Positions 1 through 9,466 of a stretch of 49,354 nucleotides of DNA are shown piece after piece; positions within the stretch are counted from its first letter, which is position 1, and each line of letters opens with the position of its first letter. This DNA is from a virus (lineage: Duplodnaviria; Caudoviricetes). A model generated the notes under the pieces. It was given only the letters and a program-made list of their open reading frames with translations. It searched no databases and had not been told where the DNA came from. Made by a program: the position numbers and the translations under genes. The DNA lies in IMG/VR virus record IMGVR_UViG_3300048849_000167, positions 1 to 49,354 of that record; one strand, 5' to 3'.

Positions 1-267
1 TTACTCGCCTCCATCCGGGTTTCGATCGGTGTCGCCGTTCTGAAACAGCCGGCGATCACCGGCTGAGGCAGGTGGGTCGAACGTCTCGACCGGCGCAACG
101 GGGAGATCCTGGGGGGCGGCGGATGCGGCCGAACGGTGCGTGCTCCCGTCCCGCGACGCCGCTGCCTTCAGGTCAACATCGCCGCCAACAGGGGCGGTAT
201 CCCCAGGAAGAATATCGGGGGCGCCGTCTGTCGTCATCTGTGGTTTGGTCTGCAATTGCTGTGTCAT
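1..267 (-). CDS. hypothetical low-complexity protein (host, probable general-stress gene)
   Basis: 88-aa ORF with GGAG RBS; EcfG-type promoter upstream. Confidence 0.55.
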   Translation of the reverse strand: MTQQLQTKPQMTTDGAPDILPGDTAPVGGDVDLKAAASRDGSTHRSAASAAPQDLPVAPVETFDPPASAGDRRLFQNGDTDRNPDGGE

Positions 268-293
268 CGGACTGCTCCTTGCTCAGAGCGTCC

Positions 294-318
294 AACCAAC
301 TGCGGCAGCCGAAGTTCC
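294..318 (-). promoter_or_regulatory. EcfG/RpoE2 (general stress sigma) promoter
   Basis: minus strand GGAAC-N16-GGTT upstream of ORF 1-267. Confidence 0.55.
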
Positions 319-414
319 GAAATCGCTCGGGAAAGCCTGTAGTCCGTCCGCAATGGAGACGGCATCTCAGGCTTCAATCACAGACGTCCGGTCCGGAGCG
401 CCCGCGGCAGGCAC

Positions 415-448
415 AAAAAGCCGCCAGCATTTTTGAGCCGGCGGCTTT
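415..448. terminator. intrinsic terminator after DUF378 gene
   Basis: AAAAAGCCGCC...GGCGGCTTT hairpin with A/T tails. Confidence 0.6.
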
Positions 449-467
449 AGTATTCCGTCACGTTCGC

Positions 468-707
468 TTACCGGCGATGCGCCAGATTGGCTTGGGCGGC
501 AGTTTCGCCGATCGATATTGCCTTGGCGAATGGCATCAGCTGCCAGAGTGCCGACAGTCCGACCAGAACATAAACTACTCTGGACAGCATTGCCTGCTGA
601 CCGCCGAAAATGGCTGCCACAAGGTCAAAGTTCGCAATTCCGACCAGAAGCCAGTTGACCCCGCCGACGATGATGAGAAGCAGGGTAATAAGGTTGAGTG
701 CGCGCAT
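468..707 (-). CDS. DUF378 family small membrane protein
   Basis: MRALNLITLLLIIVGGVNWLLVGIANFDLVAAIFG...RVVYVLVGLSALW signature; AAGGAG RBS. Confidence 0.85.
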   Translation of the reverse strand: MRALNLITLLLIIVGGVNWLLVGIANFDLVAAIFGGQQAMLSRVVYVLVGLSALWQLMPFAKAISIGETAAQANLAHRR

Positions 708-738
708 TTCGTTCTCCTTCTTGCTCGACAGCGGCTCG

Positions 739-763
739 AACCAGAGGATCCGGGGATAGTTCC
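739..763 (-). promoter_or_regulatory. EcfG/RpoE2 promoter
   Basis: minus strand GGAAC-N16-GGTT upstream of DUF378. Confidence 0.6.
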
Positions 764-918
764 GGGACATACCGCACAACAAGATTTGAGCAGCAGAGCT
801 GGAACCACGACGGGTCCCCCACTGCCTTGCCTATGCCCAGTCAGAGAGGTGGAAAGGCATATTGCGAGATCGGCAAGCGGGGCAAACGACGCAATGCGCT
901 TTGGGGAGTAAGAACCAT

Positions 919-938
919 GGGAAATGGCGGAAGAGGTG
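919..938 (+). repeat. att core, left copy GGGAAATGGCGGAAGAGGTG
   Basis: identical to 46456-46475; contains the reverse complement of the tRNA-Ser 3' end. Confidence 0.92.
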
Positions 939-1170
939 TCTGTCGAACTAAAATCCGTAAACAATTGATGCTAAAGCAGCAAAAATATCCTTTATATAAA
1001 ATGTACCCCGACAAATACCCCAGAAGATAAAACATACCACTGCGGAAGGAGGCAGCATTACGCGGCAAACCTTGACAAAAATGTAAAAATGATATAAGAA
1101 AAGGGCATAGTACCCCACTCATGACAATACATATTTGTAAAACTCGTGTCAACCCGGAAAAGGAGAAAAA

Positions 1171-1377
1171 ATGGAAGCGGCGAACGACAACCCCTCTGGC
1201 GACCTTTTGTTGGGCGCGAACGCTATAGCAGCCCATCTCGGCATTAGTCCGCGACAGACATATCGCCTCATATACGCTGATACAATTCCGACCTTCAAGC
1301 TCGGCGGCGCCGTTGCGGCAAGGCGCTCCACGTTGACCCGGTGGATAGATACGCTGGAAGCAGAGGCCACCGCCTAG
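1171..1377 (+). CDS. AlpA/excisionase-like HTH protein
   Basis: LLLGANAIAAHLGISPRQTYRL..IPTFKLGG..ARRSTLTRW; AAGGAG RBS; next to att. Confidence 0.8.
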   Translation: MEAANDNPSGDLLLGANAIAAHLGISPRQTYRLIYADTIPTFKLGGAVAARRSTLTRWIDTLEAEATA

Positions 1378-1438
1378 TCCCACCAACCACGACCTACCCA
1401 CCACAAGCGTCCGGCTCCGTGCCGGCGAGAGGAGAACC

Positions 1439-1864
1439 ATGTCCAACACACAGAACATCAACACCCCGTCCGCGGACGTCGCTTTCGCATTCACAATGAC
1501 CGGACCCGTGGCCGACGTCGCTCGAATTGAACGGCTGGCGGCCAACCGCATGGCCAGGGTCCGCGGCTGGGTCGGTTGGCGCATCAGCAACGTCGATGTC
1601 GAAGAAGCCGACGACGGTCTTGCCAAAATTACGATCAGCGCCGATCCCGTTGGCCCCGGTTACCGCGAGCCTGCCTCTTTCACATTCCTGACAGACGGGA
1701 CTGCGAGCCGAGGATCTAATCGCTTCAATGCATTGCTCGCCGGGTGCGGAGTGCGGGAGCACGTCGACGATACGCGGGAAGTGGAGGGGAGGTATTTCGC
1801 CGCGCGGAATTACGGGCGAGTAGCTGCCGATTTTGGCCCTTTGACGCTCGCGTTGCTGGCGTGA
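1439..1864 (+). CDS. phage hypothetical protein
   Basis: GAGGAG RBS, 141 aa, early operon. Confidence 0.7.
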   Translation: MSNTQNINTPSADVAFAFTMTGPVADVARIERLAANRMARVRGWVGWRISNVDVEEADDGLAKITISADPVGPGYREPASFTFLTDGTASRGSNRFNALLAGCGVREHVDDTREVEGRYFAARNYGRVAADFGPLTLALLA

Positions 1865-1878
1865 GGGAGTGCGAGACC

Positions 1879-2148
1879 ATGGCTAAATCCGCTGTAACTT
1901 GCAGCCCCGTCCGAGGGTACGCAATCCAGATTTTCGACGCACCAGGTGGCCGCACCTGTCATCTGATGGACCACTCTCCCGTCCTCGTGCCGGTTCGCGC
2001 TGAGAGGACAGATGCTGGCCGCCGTCTTCGCTTTGCAGAAGGCAGTAGAGAACTCCGTCAGTCGGGCGACGTTTTTGTCGCCGACCTGGATATGGCGGAC
2101 TTCGTGCGGGAAGCCATCAACGAGAAGTTCGCGCGCGAGGCTGCATGA
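1879..2148 (+). CDS. phage hypothetical protein
   Basis: ATG at 1879 after GAGGGAG; stop overlaps next start (ATGA); ends REAA. Confidence 0.55.
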   Translation: MAKSAVTCSPVRGYAIQIFDAPGGRTCHLMDHSPVLVPVRAERTDAGRRLRFAEGSRELRQSGDVFVADLDMADFVREAINEKFAREAA

Positions 2149-4445
2149 TGAGGGTTCTTTCCATGAAACCCGTTGCCATTCGTGGCAGCGGGAGTCTCCG
2201 CGCGATCGCGGAGTTTGACGTAGAACTGCACGGAGAGGTCAGAATTTACCGCATGAGATTGATGGAGGGGGTTGATGGCAATCGCATCGTTTATGGCCCA
2301 CAGGATGGCGTAAGACGCACAGCCACCTTCGCCAGGCGCCTCGCCGAAATGATCACCACTGAAGCATCGAAAACCTATGCGGGGCAATTATCGCCAATGA
2401 ATTCGAACACGCAGCTTGATCCACGCAGCGTTGCCGCCGCGCTTGGTGGCGTCGCCCGCGGCAATCAGATTTCGGCACCTGCCCCAGGCCACTCTCGTCG
2501 GGATAAATCGCTTTCCATTCGCATCGACCCGTCTGCTAAGGACGGATTTGTCGTCAACGCGTTTGCCGGCGAGGACGCACTCGAGATGCGAGACTATGTC
2601 CGCGGCAGGCTCGGCCTTCCTGACTGGCTACCTGATCGACGGGAACAGCCTGAGCCGAGGGCGCACCTTCGGCTGGTCCATAAAGAAGAGCCTCCAAAAG
2701 TATTTTCCGACCGACATCTCGTCGCGCAGGGTTATCACCATGCGATGACTTACGACTACGCAGACGCACACGGAGAAGTCGTCTTCGAGGTTTTGCGGTA
2801 TGAGCACGCGGCTCTCAGCAAGACATTCACGCAGCGTCGACCGGACGGCAGTGGCGGGTACTTCGCTGGCCGCGGCGAGCCTGTTTTGTATCGCATACCC
2901 GATATTGCAGCGAACACAGAGGATCCTGTCTTCGTCGTCGAAGGAGAGAAGGATGCCGATCGGCTGGCGTCCCTTGGCTTCCTCGCGACCACGGTGCCCA
3001 ATGGCTCATGGCCTGATGACCTGTCCGCGCTCTCGGGGCGCCGGGTTTTCGTGTTGGCAGACAATGACGCGACGGGCGAGAAGAAGGCAAGGCTGGCAGT
3101 CGAGAAACTGTCGGGCTTGGCAACCGTATCCTGCATCGACCTGCCTGGGCTTCTCGAAAAACAGGACGTCAGCGACTGGCTAGACGCCGGCAATGAGGCG
3201 GATGCCCTTGTTGCGCTATGCTCTTCGGCCGATCCGATACCGGCGAATGACAACCAACGACCTTCCCCGCCGTTCTCGATCTTCGAATGGACGGTTGATC
3301 GCTTTGTCGGACCAGCACCGGCCGTCGAATACCTGGTCGACGGCGTGATTCCGCTTGGCGTTCCTGGCATGGTGGCGGCCATGGGCGACACCGGAAAGAG
3401 TTTCGCGATGCTTGAGCTTCATCGACGCGTGTCCTTCGGCTCGAACATATATGCGCCACCAATATTCGGCGGCAAGGTCATCGCAGAGGGCGTTTCCGTC
3501 ATGGTCACGTCTGAGGACGATCAGGGTGAGGTCCATCGCCGAATAGCGTCCCTCGACCCTCACGGGGAAAGAGACAGCAGTGCCGGGAAACGAATGATTG
3601 TCGTCCCGATGCCTTCTGCCGGAGGTGCGAAGGCCTACTGGAAAGAGGACCGGAAGCACGGTCTGATTGAGACTGACGACTTCAAGAGGCTTTGCGACCA
3701 GCTCAAAAGCATCGATGGTCTCCGGTTGGTGACATTTGATCCGTTGGCATCGTTCGCGCATTTGCCGCTGAATGAGGATCCTGCCGCAGGTCAGTTCGTC
3801 TGCACATCGATTGGTCGGCTGACAAGCGAAACGGGGGCTACAGTTTTGACGGCCCACCACATGCGCAAGCTACAAAAGCCCATTGAGACGCTGGGAGATG
3901 CCCGCGACGCCATTAGAGGAAGCAGCGCGCTCGTCGACGGTCTACGATGGGTATACGCAATGTGGCCGGCCGACGAGGCGAGAGCCAAGCGGGTGTGTAA
4001 ATCGCTCGGCGTAGAGTTTGCGCCTGGAAAGGTCGTGCTTGGTGGTGTCGTCAAGGCGAACGGTGCCGCCCGACGTATTGTCACAACGTACGTCCGAAAT
4101 GATTTCGGTCTGCTTGTCGATCGGACCTCCAGCCTCACCTCATCCGCACCTCCGCAGGGCGACCTTCTATCCGCTTTGGTTGTCGCAGTTGAGGCGGCGG
4201 CCGCATCTGGATCTCCATTCACCAAGACAGGCGCGAGCGGTTTGTTCGAAATGAAAGAACGTCTGCCGGAGGAACTCAAGGCCCTAGCTAAAGGTCGGCT
4301 CGATGCTCTTGCGTCGCAGGCGCTTGATCAGGGTAAAATTGTAAGGGCAGCGGCCAAGGGCGAAAAGGTAGCCAAATGGCTCGATGTGCCTGGCGGGATG
4401 TTTGCGATTGGGCTTGGTAACTTCACCACCGGCAGCCCTCGGTGA
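2145..4445 (+). CDS. TOPRIM primase / AAA_25 (RepA-like) helicase with SpoVG-like N-terminal extension
   Basis: VVEGEKDAD and LADND TOPRIM motifs; Walker A AMGDTGKS; Walker B LVTFDP; HHMRK and RGSSAL. Confidence 0.88.
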   Translation: MMRVLSMKPVAIRGSGSLRAIAEFDVELHGEVRIYRMRLMEGVDGNRIVYGPQDGVRRTATFARRLAEMITTEASKTYAGQLSPMNSNTQLDPRSVAAALGGVARGNQISAPAPGHSRRDKSLSIRIDPSAKDGFVVNAFAGEDALEMRDYVRGRLGLPDWLPDRREQPEPRAHLRLVHKEEPPKVFSDRHLVAQGYHHAMTYDYADAHGEVVFEVLRYEHAALSKTFTQRRPDGSGGYFAGRGEPVLYRIPDIAANTEDPVFVVEGEKDADRLASLGFLATTVPNGSWPDDLSALSGRRVFVLADNDATGEKKARLAVEKLSGLATVSCIDLPGLLEKQDVSDWLDAGNEADALVALCSSADPIPANDNQRPSPPFSIFEWTVDRFVGPAPAVEYLVDGVIPLGVPGMVAAMGDTGKSFAMLELHRRVSFGSNIYAPPIFGGKVIAEGVSVMVTSEDDQGEVHRRIASLDPHGERDSSAGKRMIVVPMPSAGGAKAYWKEDRKHGLIETDDFKRLCDQLKSIDGLRLVTFDPLASFAHLPLNEDPAAGQFVCTSIGRLTSETGATVLTAHHMRKLQKPIETLGDARDAIRGSSALVDGLRWVYAMWPADEARAKRVCKSLGVEFAPGKVVLGGVVKANGAARRIVTTYVRNDFGLLVDRTSSLTSSAPPQGDLLSALVVAVEAAAASGSPFTKTGASGLFEMKERLPEELKALAKGRLDALASQALDQGKIVRAAAKGEKVAKWLDVPGGMFAIGLGNFTTGSPR

Positions 4446-4472
4446 TGCCTAAAAGCCGATCCCAGGCACCGT

Positions 4473-4647
4473 TGGGAACGGCCGTTCCCATGGGAATGGG
4501 AACGCTAAGCAATTGAAAAGAAACAATATTGCATTCCCATTCCCAGCATTCCCAGAAAGTTTGGGAACGGCTTAAGTCATTGAAAACAAAGGCGTTCCCA
4601 CATTCCCGGTCTCTGCCCCTACTACGTAGGGGGTGGCGCTTGGGAAC
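4473..4647. repeat. iteron-like TGGGAA/TTCCCA cluster, putative replication origin
   Basis: about 11 copies in both orientations, two IHF-like TAAGnnATTGAAA elements and a CCCCTAC-TAC-GTAGGGG hairpin directly after the primase-helicase. Confidence 0.6.
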
Positions 4648-4797
4648 GCCATCCCTCCGTATACCGAAGTTGCAAACGACCGCACTTGGTCGAGATACAC
4701 CACAACATATAGACTCGCAACTCGATTATTTGCGACGTAACTACTATATATACCGTATCCACCGACCATTAAAGCACTCCAGCGCGGGACACACAAG

Positions 4798-5193
4798 ATG
4801 CGCCTGAAAAACGCCGAGCAGTCAGCTCGACTGGACCGTCAAAAGGCAAAAGCGACCCTTTCGACCATGGTCGCCGATAGCACGAAGCCCAGAGACCCGC
4901 GCAAGCAGGGGGCTCACTACCGACAGCATCTGATCGATGCACATATCGTCATCGAACGCCTCCAGGGGAGAATATCCGATCTGGAGGCGGAACTAGCCAA
5001 GACGAAACGGGACGCCGCGTACGCCCTATCGCTGTGCGTCAGCAGAAGGACAGCAGAGGAGGCTAGGATCAAGGCGGCCGCGGCTATGCGGTACCGCGCT
5101 GCGGACATGGCCGAAGGCCCGCACGGCGAGCCCACAAACACTTCGCACGCCATCGACAACATCCCGCTGCCGCGCCCTAAATTTACGAAATGA
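4798..5193 (+). CDS. phage hypothetical coiled-coil protein
   Basis: 131-aa ORF abutting the next gene. Confidence 0.65.
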   Translation: MRLKNAEQSARLDRQKAKATLSTMVADSTKPRDPRKQGAHYRQHLIDAHIVIERLQGRISDLEAELAKTKRDAAYALSLCVSRRTAEEARIKAAAAMRYRAADMAEGPHGEPTNTSHAIDNIPLPRPKFTK

Positions 5194-5202
5194 GGACTGA
5201 CC

Positions 5203-6360
5203 ATGACCGCACCCGACCGTCACGACCTGTCGTCTCTTTCCGCCTTGCTTGCGTCGCCAACTTCGGCAGTCAAGCCATCAAAGGCCAGTAAAAAGACACC
5301 AGTTGCCGCCAACGACAACAGACCAGCCCCAGCAGTTTTGGCGTGGCCGGCCCTCGAGCGCCTGGCTCATCGTGGCGATATTGCGCGGGCGTTCGCGCTG
5401 CGGCACTGGCGTAATCTGTGCCAGCCTGGTTCCGGATATGAGCCGGACGATTCGACGGACCAGGCAACTGAGGACGTAGTCGAGTTGCGTCCGTCTGAGG
5501 CAGAAACCCTGCGTGCAATCGGCTGGACAGTGACGGGTCAAGAGCGGTGGGCCGACACAGGCAGGCTTGTCCCCACCTACGAGACGTCAGAGTCCACCCC
5601 CTCTATCGCACGCAATCGCAACGGCGGGACTGATACGCGCCTGGGCGACCTGCTCTTCCGTGATGGAAAACTAATGACGTGGGGAGCGACGGCCAAGGGA
5701 GCCCCTCTGAAGCCCATCGAGAGGCCTCGCGGCATCAAAGGCGGCAAGGCACCGGAGCGCACGGCGGTAGCTATCTGGGCCTATCTTGGCGTTGGCAACA
5801 CGCAGTCGCCATTCGCGGCAACATCATATCGCCGCCAATTTTCCGGAGAGAGGGCAATTGCCGCATGCTACGATCCGCTGCCGCGCGAGGAGCCTTCAGA
5901 GAAGGATAAGCGCGGCCGGTTCGGAGTTGAGGAAGCGCGCGCCTTGCTGCGGGAGCACGGTGTGGATGGCGCCGTCCGCTTTGAGGATCTTCCGGTTTCC
6001 GCAATGCTGGTCCCTGACGGACTTGTGGTCGGCCCGCAGTGGGTTGGCGGCATCAAGAAGCCGAAACCCCTTGGTGAAATCTCCGCGGCTGCCGGTCGTG
6101 AACCTGAAGTCGTCCGGCTTGTCGAAACACTGAGCCACCTCAGCAATCTCCGCCATCTTCTCGGCGACCACGCCAGGGTTTTGGATCTGGCGATTACAAA
6201 TGCGACGGCCAGGGAAATTGGCATAGCGATGGGTAAGGCTCCGGCCTACGCAGAGAAGGTTGGCCCTTTACTGATTGATGCGGCTCTCGATGCGTTGCTG
6301 GAATTAGACGAGACTGCCAAAGCAGACGTTCTTGCGGAGGAAAAGAAAATGGCCGCCTGA
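5203..6360 (+). CDS. phage protein, possible late-transcription regulator (C-terminal HTH-like)
   Basis: GAGGA RBS; C-terminal ATAREIGIAMG helix-turn-helix-like segment; precedes the packaging module. Confidence 0.6.
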   Translation: MTAPDRHDLSSLSALLASPTSAVKPSKASKKTPVAANDNRPAPAVLAWPALERLAHRGDIARAFALRHWRNLCQPGSGYEPDDSTDQATEDVVELRPSEAETLRAIGWTVTGQERWADTGRLVPTYETSESTPSIARNRNGGTDTRLGDLLFRDGKLMTWGATAKGAPLKPIERPRGIKGGKAPERTAVAIWAYLGVGNTQSPFAATSYRRQFSGERAIAACYDPLPREEPSEKDKRGRFGVEEARALLREHGVDGAVRFEDLPVSAMLVPDGLVVGPQWVGGIKKPKPLGEISAAAGREPEVVRLVETLSHLSNLRHLLGDHARVLDLAITNATAREIGIAMGKAPAYAEKVGPLLIDAALDALLELDETAKADVLAEEKKMAA

Positions 6361-6613
6361 TGTCCGGTCGGCGCGCTCGCCGATGCGTATTATATTGAGG
6401 GGTTGAAGAACTTCCTCACTTGAGGCGCCGAGCAATCCGCGGACGCATTGAACTCGCGAGGACTGCGGGTCTGCCTCAACCCTTTCCCATTGCCCATTGC
6501 GCGCCTCCTCTCGCTGCATTGGGTAATCCTGCCGCTGGTTGAGTGTGACCCTGTCCGCCTATGGCGTGGTAGGTAGTGCACGCTCCCAGCGGCTTTTGTT
6601 TTCATGGTGGTGC

Positions 6614-6922
6614 ATGGCCAAGCCTGACCTGCGCAGTGCCGATGCCGCGGCCTACAGGCGCTTGTATAAAACAGCCAGATGGCAGCGAGTAAGGCTTGCC
6701 AAGCTGATAGCCAGCCCACTCTGCGAGTGGTGCCTCGAATCGGAAACGATCGAGCCGGCGACTGAAGTTCACCACGCAGATGGTGGCCACAAGGGTGATG
6801 TGACAAAGTTCTGGACAGGCCCGTTCATTAGCACATGCAGAGCGTGTCATTCATCTAGAGGCCAACGGGAGGACCGCGGGCAGACGGTGATCCGTCATGA
6901 TGCGTCAGGATGGCCGTTATAG
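6614..6922 (+). CDS. HNH endonuclease (terminase-associated)
   Basis: PLCEWC...ATEVHH...CRACHS motifs upstream of terS. Confidence 0.88.
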   Translation: MAKPDLRSADAAAYRRLYKTARWQRVRLAKLIASPLCEWCLESETIEPATEVHHADGGHKGDVTKFWTGPFISTCRACHSSRGQREDRGQTVIRHDASGWPL

Positions 6923-6943
6923 CGTCGGGACCAAAACCGCCGT

Positions 6944-7080
6944 GTGTCATTTATGACACGTTTTGCAACGCAACATCAACGCGTGACAAAAATATCACAA
7001 TAACGGGGGCGCGGTCCGAAAAAACGGGACCGGCCCGGGCCAAGGACCGGCGGGGTTCCACAACGCACGCATCTGCGTTT
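6944..7080. other. putative cos/packaging region
   Basis: noncoding gap between HNH and terS with palindrome GTGTCAT-TT-ATGACAC and GC-rich GGGGGCGCGGTCC...GGACCGG; position typical of HNH/HK97-type cos phages. Confidence 0.45.
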
Positions 7081-7215
7081 CAAAATATGACCGGCATTTC
7101 GATCGGGAATTTGAAGTCGGCAGCGCCAGCACTGTGATCTTTTATGCCGGATTTGGCCGCCAACTTCTCAAGAATAATACCGCGGCATAGCCGCAATAGC
7201 AAGGGATTTCACCAT

Positions 7216-7602
7216 ATGGCCAGACCGAGAAATCCCCTCGGCAAGGCCAAGACCGAGGGGCGAGACAAAATCAATAAGGCGCGGTTCAAGGACCGCAAGG
7301 AGCCTAAGGCGAACGGCCCACTGGGTCCGCCACCAAGGTGGCTTGTAGACTCCGAAAGCAACAAGGCTCGATCGGCCTGGCTCCTATTCCAAGCTGAAAT
7401 CCCATGGCTAACGGCCTCGCATCGCATGCTCGTTGGAATGGCATCGAACATTCAAGGTCGCATCATGGCTGGTCAGGATGTCGGCGTTCAGGCGCTGAAC
7501 CTGCTTCGTCAGTGCCTTGGACAAATGGGAGCGACGCCAGCCGATGCGAGCAAGGTGACATTACCTGATGGGGACGACCAGAAAGACGACCTCCTCGATT
7601 AG
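7216..7602 (+). CDS. terS: terminase small subunit
   Basis: MARPRNP..., PPRWL, LGQMGATPADASKV (P27-like); overlaps terL. Confidence 0.8.
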   Translation: MARPRNPLGKAKTEGRDKINKARFKDRKEPKANGPLGPPPRWLVDSESNKARSAWLLFQAEIPWLTASHRMLVGMASNIQGRIMAGQDVGVQALNLLRQCLGQMGATPADASKVTLPDGDDQKDDLLD

Positions 7603-9445
7603 TGGGCCGGCGCTGACTCGGGTTTCGGCCTATGCGCAAGACGTTCTTGACGGCACGCTCGTCGCCGGACCGCATGTGCGTAACGCTTGCCGTCGCCACT
7701 TCGCGGACTTGGCTCATGGATCAGAACGTGGCCTGTATTGGGATGACCACGCGGCCAACAGGGTTCTGAGATTCTTTGAGGAGAAGCTTCGCTTGAGCGA
7801 GGGCCAGTTCGACGGCAAGGCTTTTTCTTTGCACCCATCTCAGGCCTTCAAGCTTGGCTCGATCTTCGGGTGGAAGAAAGAAAACGGCACTCGCCGCTTT
7901 CGCACCGTCTACATCGAGGAAGGCAAGGGCAACGGCAAATCACCGTTCGCGGGCGGCATTGGCTTGTACGGCCTCATGGCCGACGGCGAGTCGGGCGCGC
8001 AGATTTATGCTGCTGCCGCCAAAAAAGATCAGGCGCAGATCCTGTTCCAGGATGCCTGCAAGATGGTGCGCCAGTCGCCGGATCTTGAACAGCGCCTGAA
8101 GTTCAGCGGTGGCTTGGGCAAAGAGTTCAACATTAGCCACCATCGGAGCGGATCGTTCTTTCGTCCGATCTCTAAAGAGGCAGGCAAGACAGGCTCCGGT
8201 CCGCGTCCACATTTTGCGCTTGCTGACGAAGTCCACGAGCATCCCGACCGCAGCATCATGGAGATGCTCCAGCGCGGCTTCAAGTTTCGCCAAAACCCTT
8301 TGCTGCTGATGATTACGAATTCAGGCTCGGATCGTAACTCGGTGTGCTGGGAAGAGCGAGAACGCGCGGTCAAGGTGCTGGCTGGCACGCAGACGCCTGA
8401 CGATGACTTTACGTTCGTTGGTGAGACGTGGGAGGGCAGTGACAGCGTCTTCGCATACGTCTGCTCGCTGGACAAGGACGACGATCCGATGATGGATCCG
8501 TCCTGCTGGGTGAAAGCCAACCCGCTTCTGGGCACAATCCTTACGGAGGATTACTTGGCTGGCGTTGTCGCGGAGGCACGCGACGTACCCGGCAAACTCA
8601 ATAATGTTCTCAGACTTCACTTCTGCCAGTGGACCGATGCCGACAAGGCGTGGATGCCGCGCGCTACCGTCGATAAGGTGATGTGCGAATTCGATCTGCC
8701 CACGGGCGGCCCGCTTTATCTCGGAATCGATCTCAGCGGCACCAAGGACATGACAGTCGTCGCTTGCGCGCAGCCAACCGGTTTCCAGACCGTGACCCGC
8801 CATGATGGCGCCACGGCCGACCTTCCGACATACGATCTTTGGATAGAGGCATGGACGCCAGGTGACACCCTCGCAGCTCGCGTTACGGCAGATAAGCAGC
8901 CATACGACGCATGGGTCCGCGGCGGCTATCTGGAGGCTCCTGAAGGCCCGCGCATTCGTTTCGACATTGTCGCGGCGCGTGTGGCGGAACTTGATCGTAT
9001 CTTCGATATAAAGTCGATCGCATATGACAATTACGCTTATGCAGCGTTCAAGGACGAGCTCGATATATTCGGAGTGACCGCAGAGCAGTTACCCCATCCG
9101 CAGGGTGGTAAGGTCCGTGCTCGGCCATCCGAAAAGAGGATTGAGGCCGCTAAGGCAGCCGGAGAGAAGCCGCCTGTCGGGTTGTGGATGCCTGGCTCCG
9201 TTAACGAGCTAGAGAATGCAATTATTGATGGCCGTATCCGGCTGCGGTCGAATCCGGTGCTGATGACTGCGCTAATGGGGTCCACGTTTAACCACCCACC
9301 TGACCCGCATGGGAATAGGTGGTTCGTAAAAACGCGCGCATCGGTCCGAATAGATTCTGCTGTGGCTGCGGCCATGGCCATCGGCGCGGCTGTAGATGGC
9401 GCCACCGAAGTTCGATCGCTCGATATCCGCGGGATGATCGGCTGA
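7568..9445 (+). CDS. terL: terminase large subunit
   Basis: Walker A GKGNGKS, Walker B LADEVHEH, nuclease GIDLS, C-terminal RIDSAVAAAMA. Confidence 0.95.
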   Translation: MGTTRKTTSSISGPALTRVSAYAQDVLDGTLVAGPHVRNACRRHFADLAHGSERGLYWDDHAANRVLRFFEEKLRLSEGQFDGKAFSLHPSQAFKLGSIFGWKKENGTRRFRTVYIEEGKGNGKSPFAGGIGLYGLMADGESGAQIYAAAAKKDQAQILFQDACKMVRQSPDLEQRLKFSGGLGKEFNISHHRSGSFFRPISKEAGKTGSGPRPHFALADEVHEHPDRSIMEMLQRGFKFRQNPLLLMITNSGSDRNSVCWEERERAVKVLAGTQTPDDDFTFVGETWEGSDSVFAYVCSLDKDDDPMMDPSCWVKANPLLGTILTEDYLAGVVAEARDVPGKLNNVLRLHFCQWTDADKAWMPRATVDKVMCEFDLPTGGPLYLGIDLSGTKDMTVVACAQPTGFQTVTRHDGATADLPTYDLWIEAWTPGDTLAARVTADKQPYDAWVRGGYLEAPEGPRIRFDIVAARVAELDRIFDIKSIAYDNYAYAAFKDELDIFGVTAEQLPHPQGGKVRARPSEKRIEAAKAAGEKPPVGLWMPGSVNELENAIIDGRIRLRSNPVLMTALMGSTFNHPPDPHGNRWFVKTRASVRIDSAVAAAMAIGAAVDGATEVRSLDIRGMIG

Positions 9446-9466
9446 TCCTCTCAGGAACAATCAAAC

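Noticed and set aside
72-911. 279-aa plus-strand ORF and the 841-1626 minus-strand ORF
   Set aside because: Shadow frames over better-supported genes (DUF378, Xis-like) and the att region; no motifs.
4529-4807. 92-aa ORF across the repeat field
   Set aside because: Translation of iteron repeats; TTG start without RBS; better explained as an origin.
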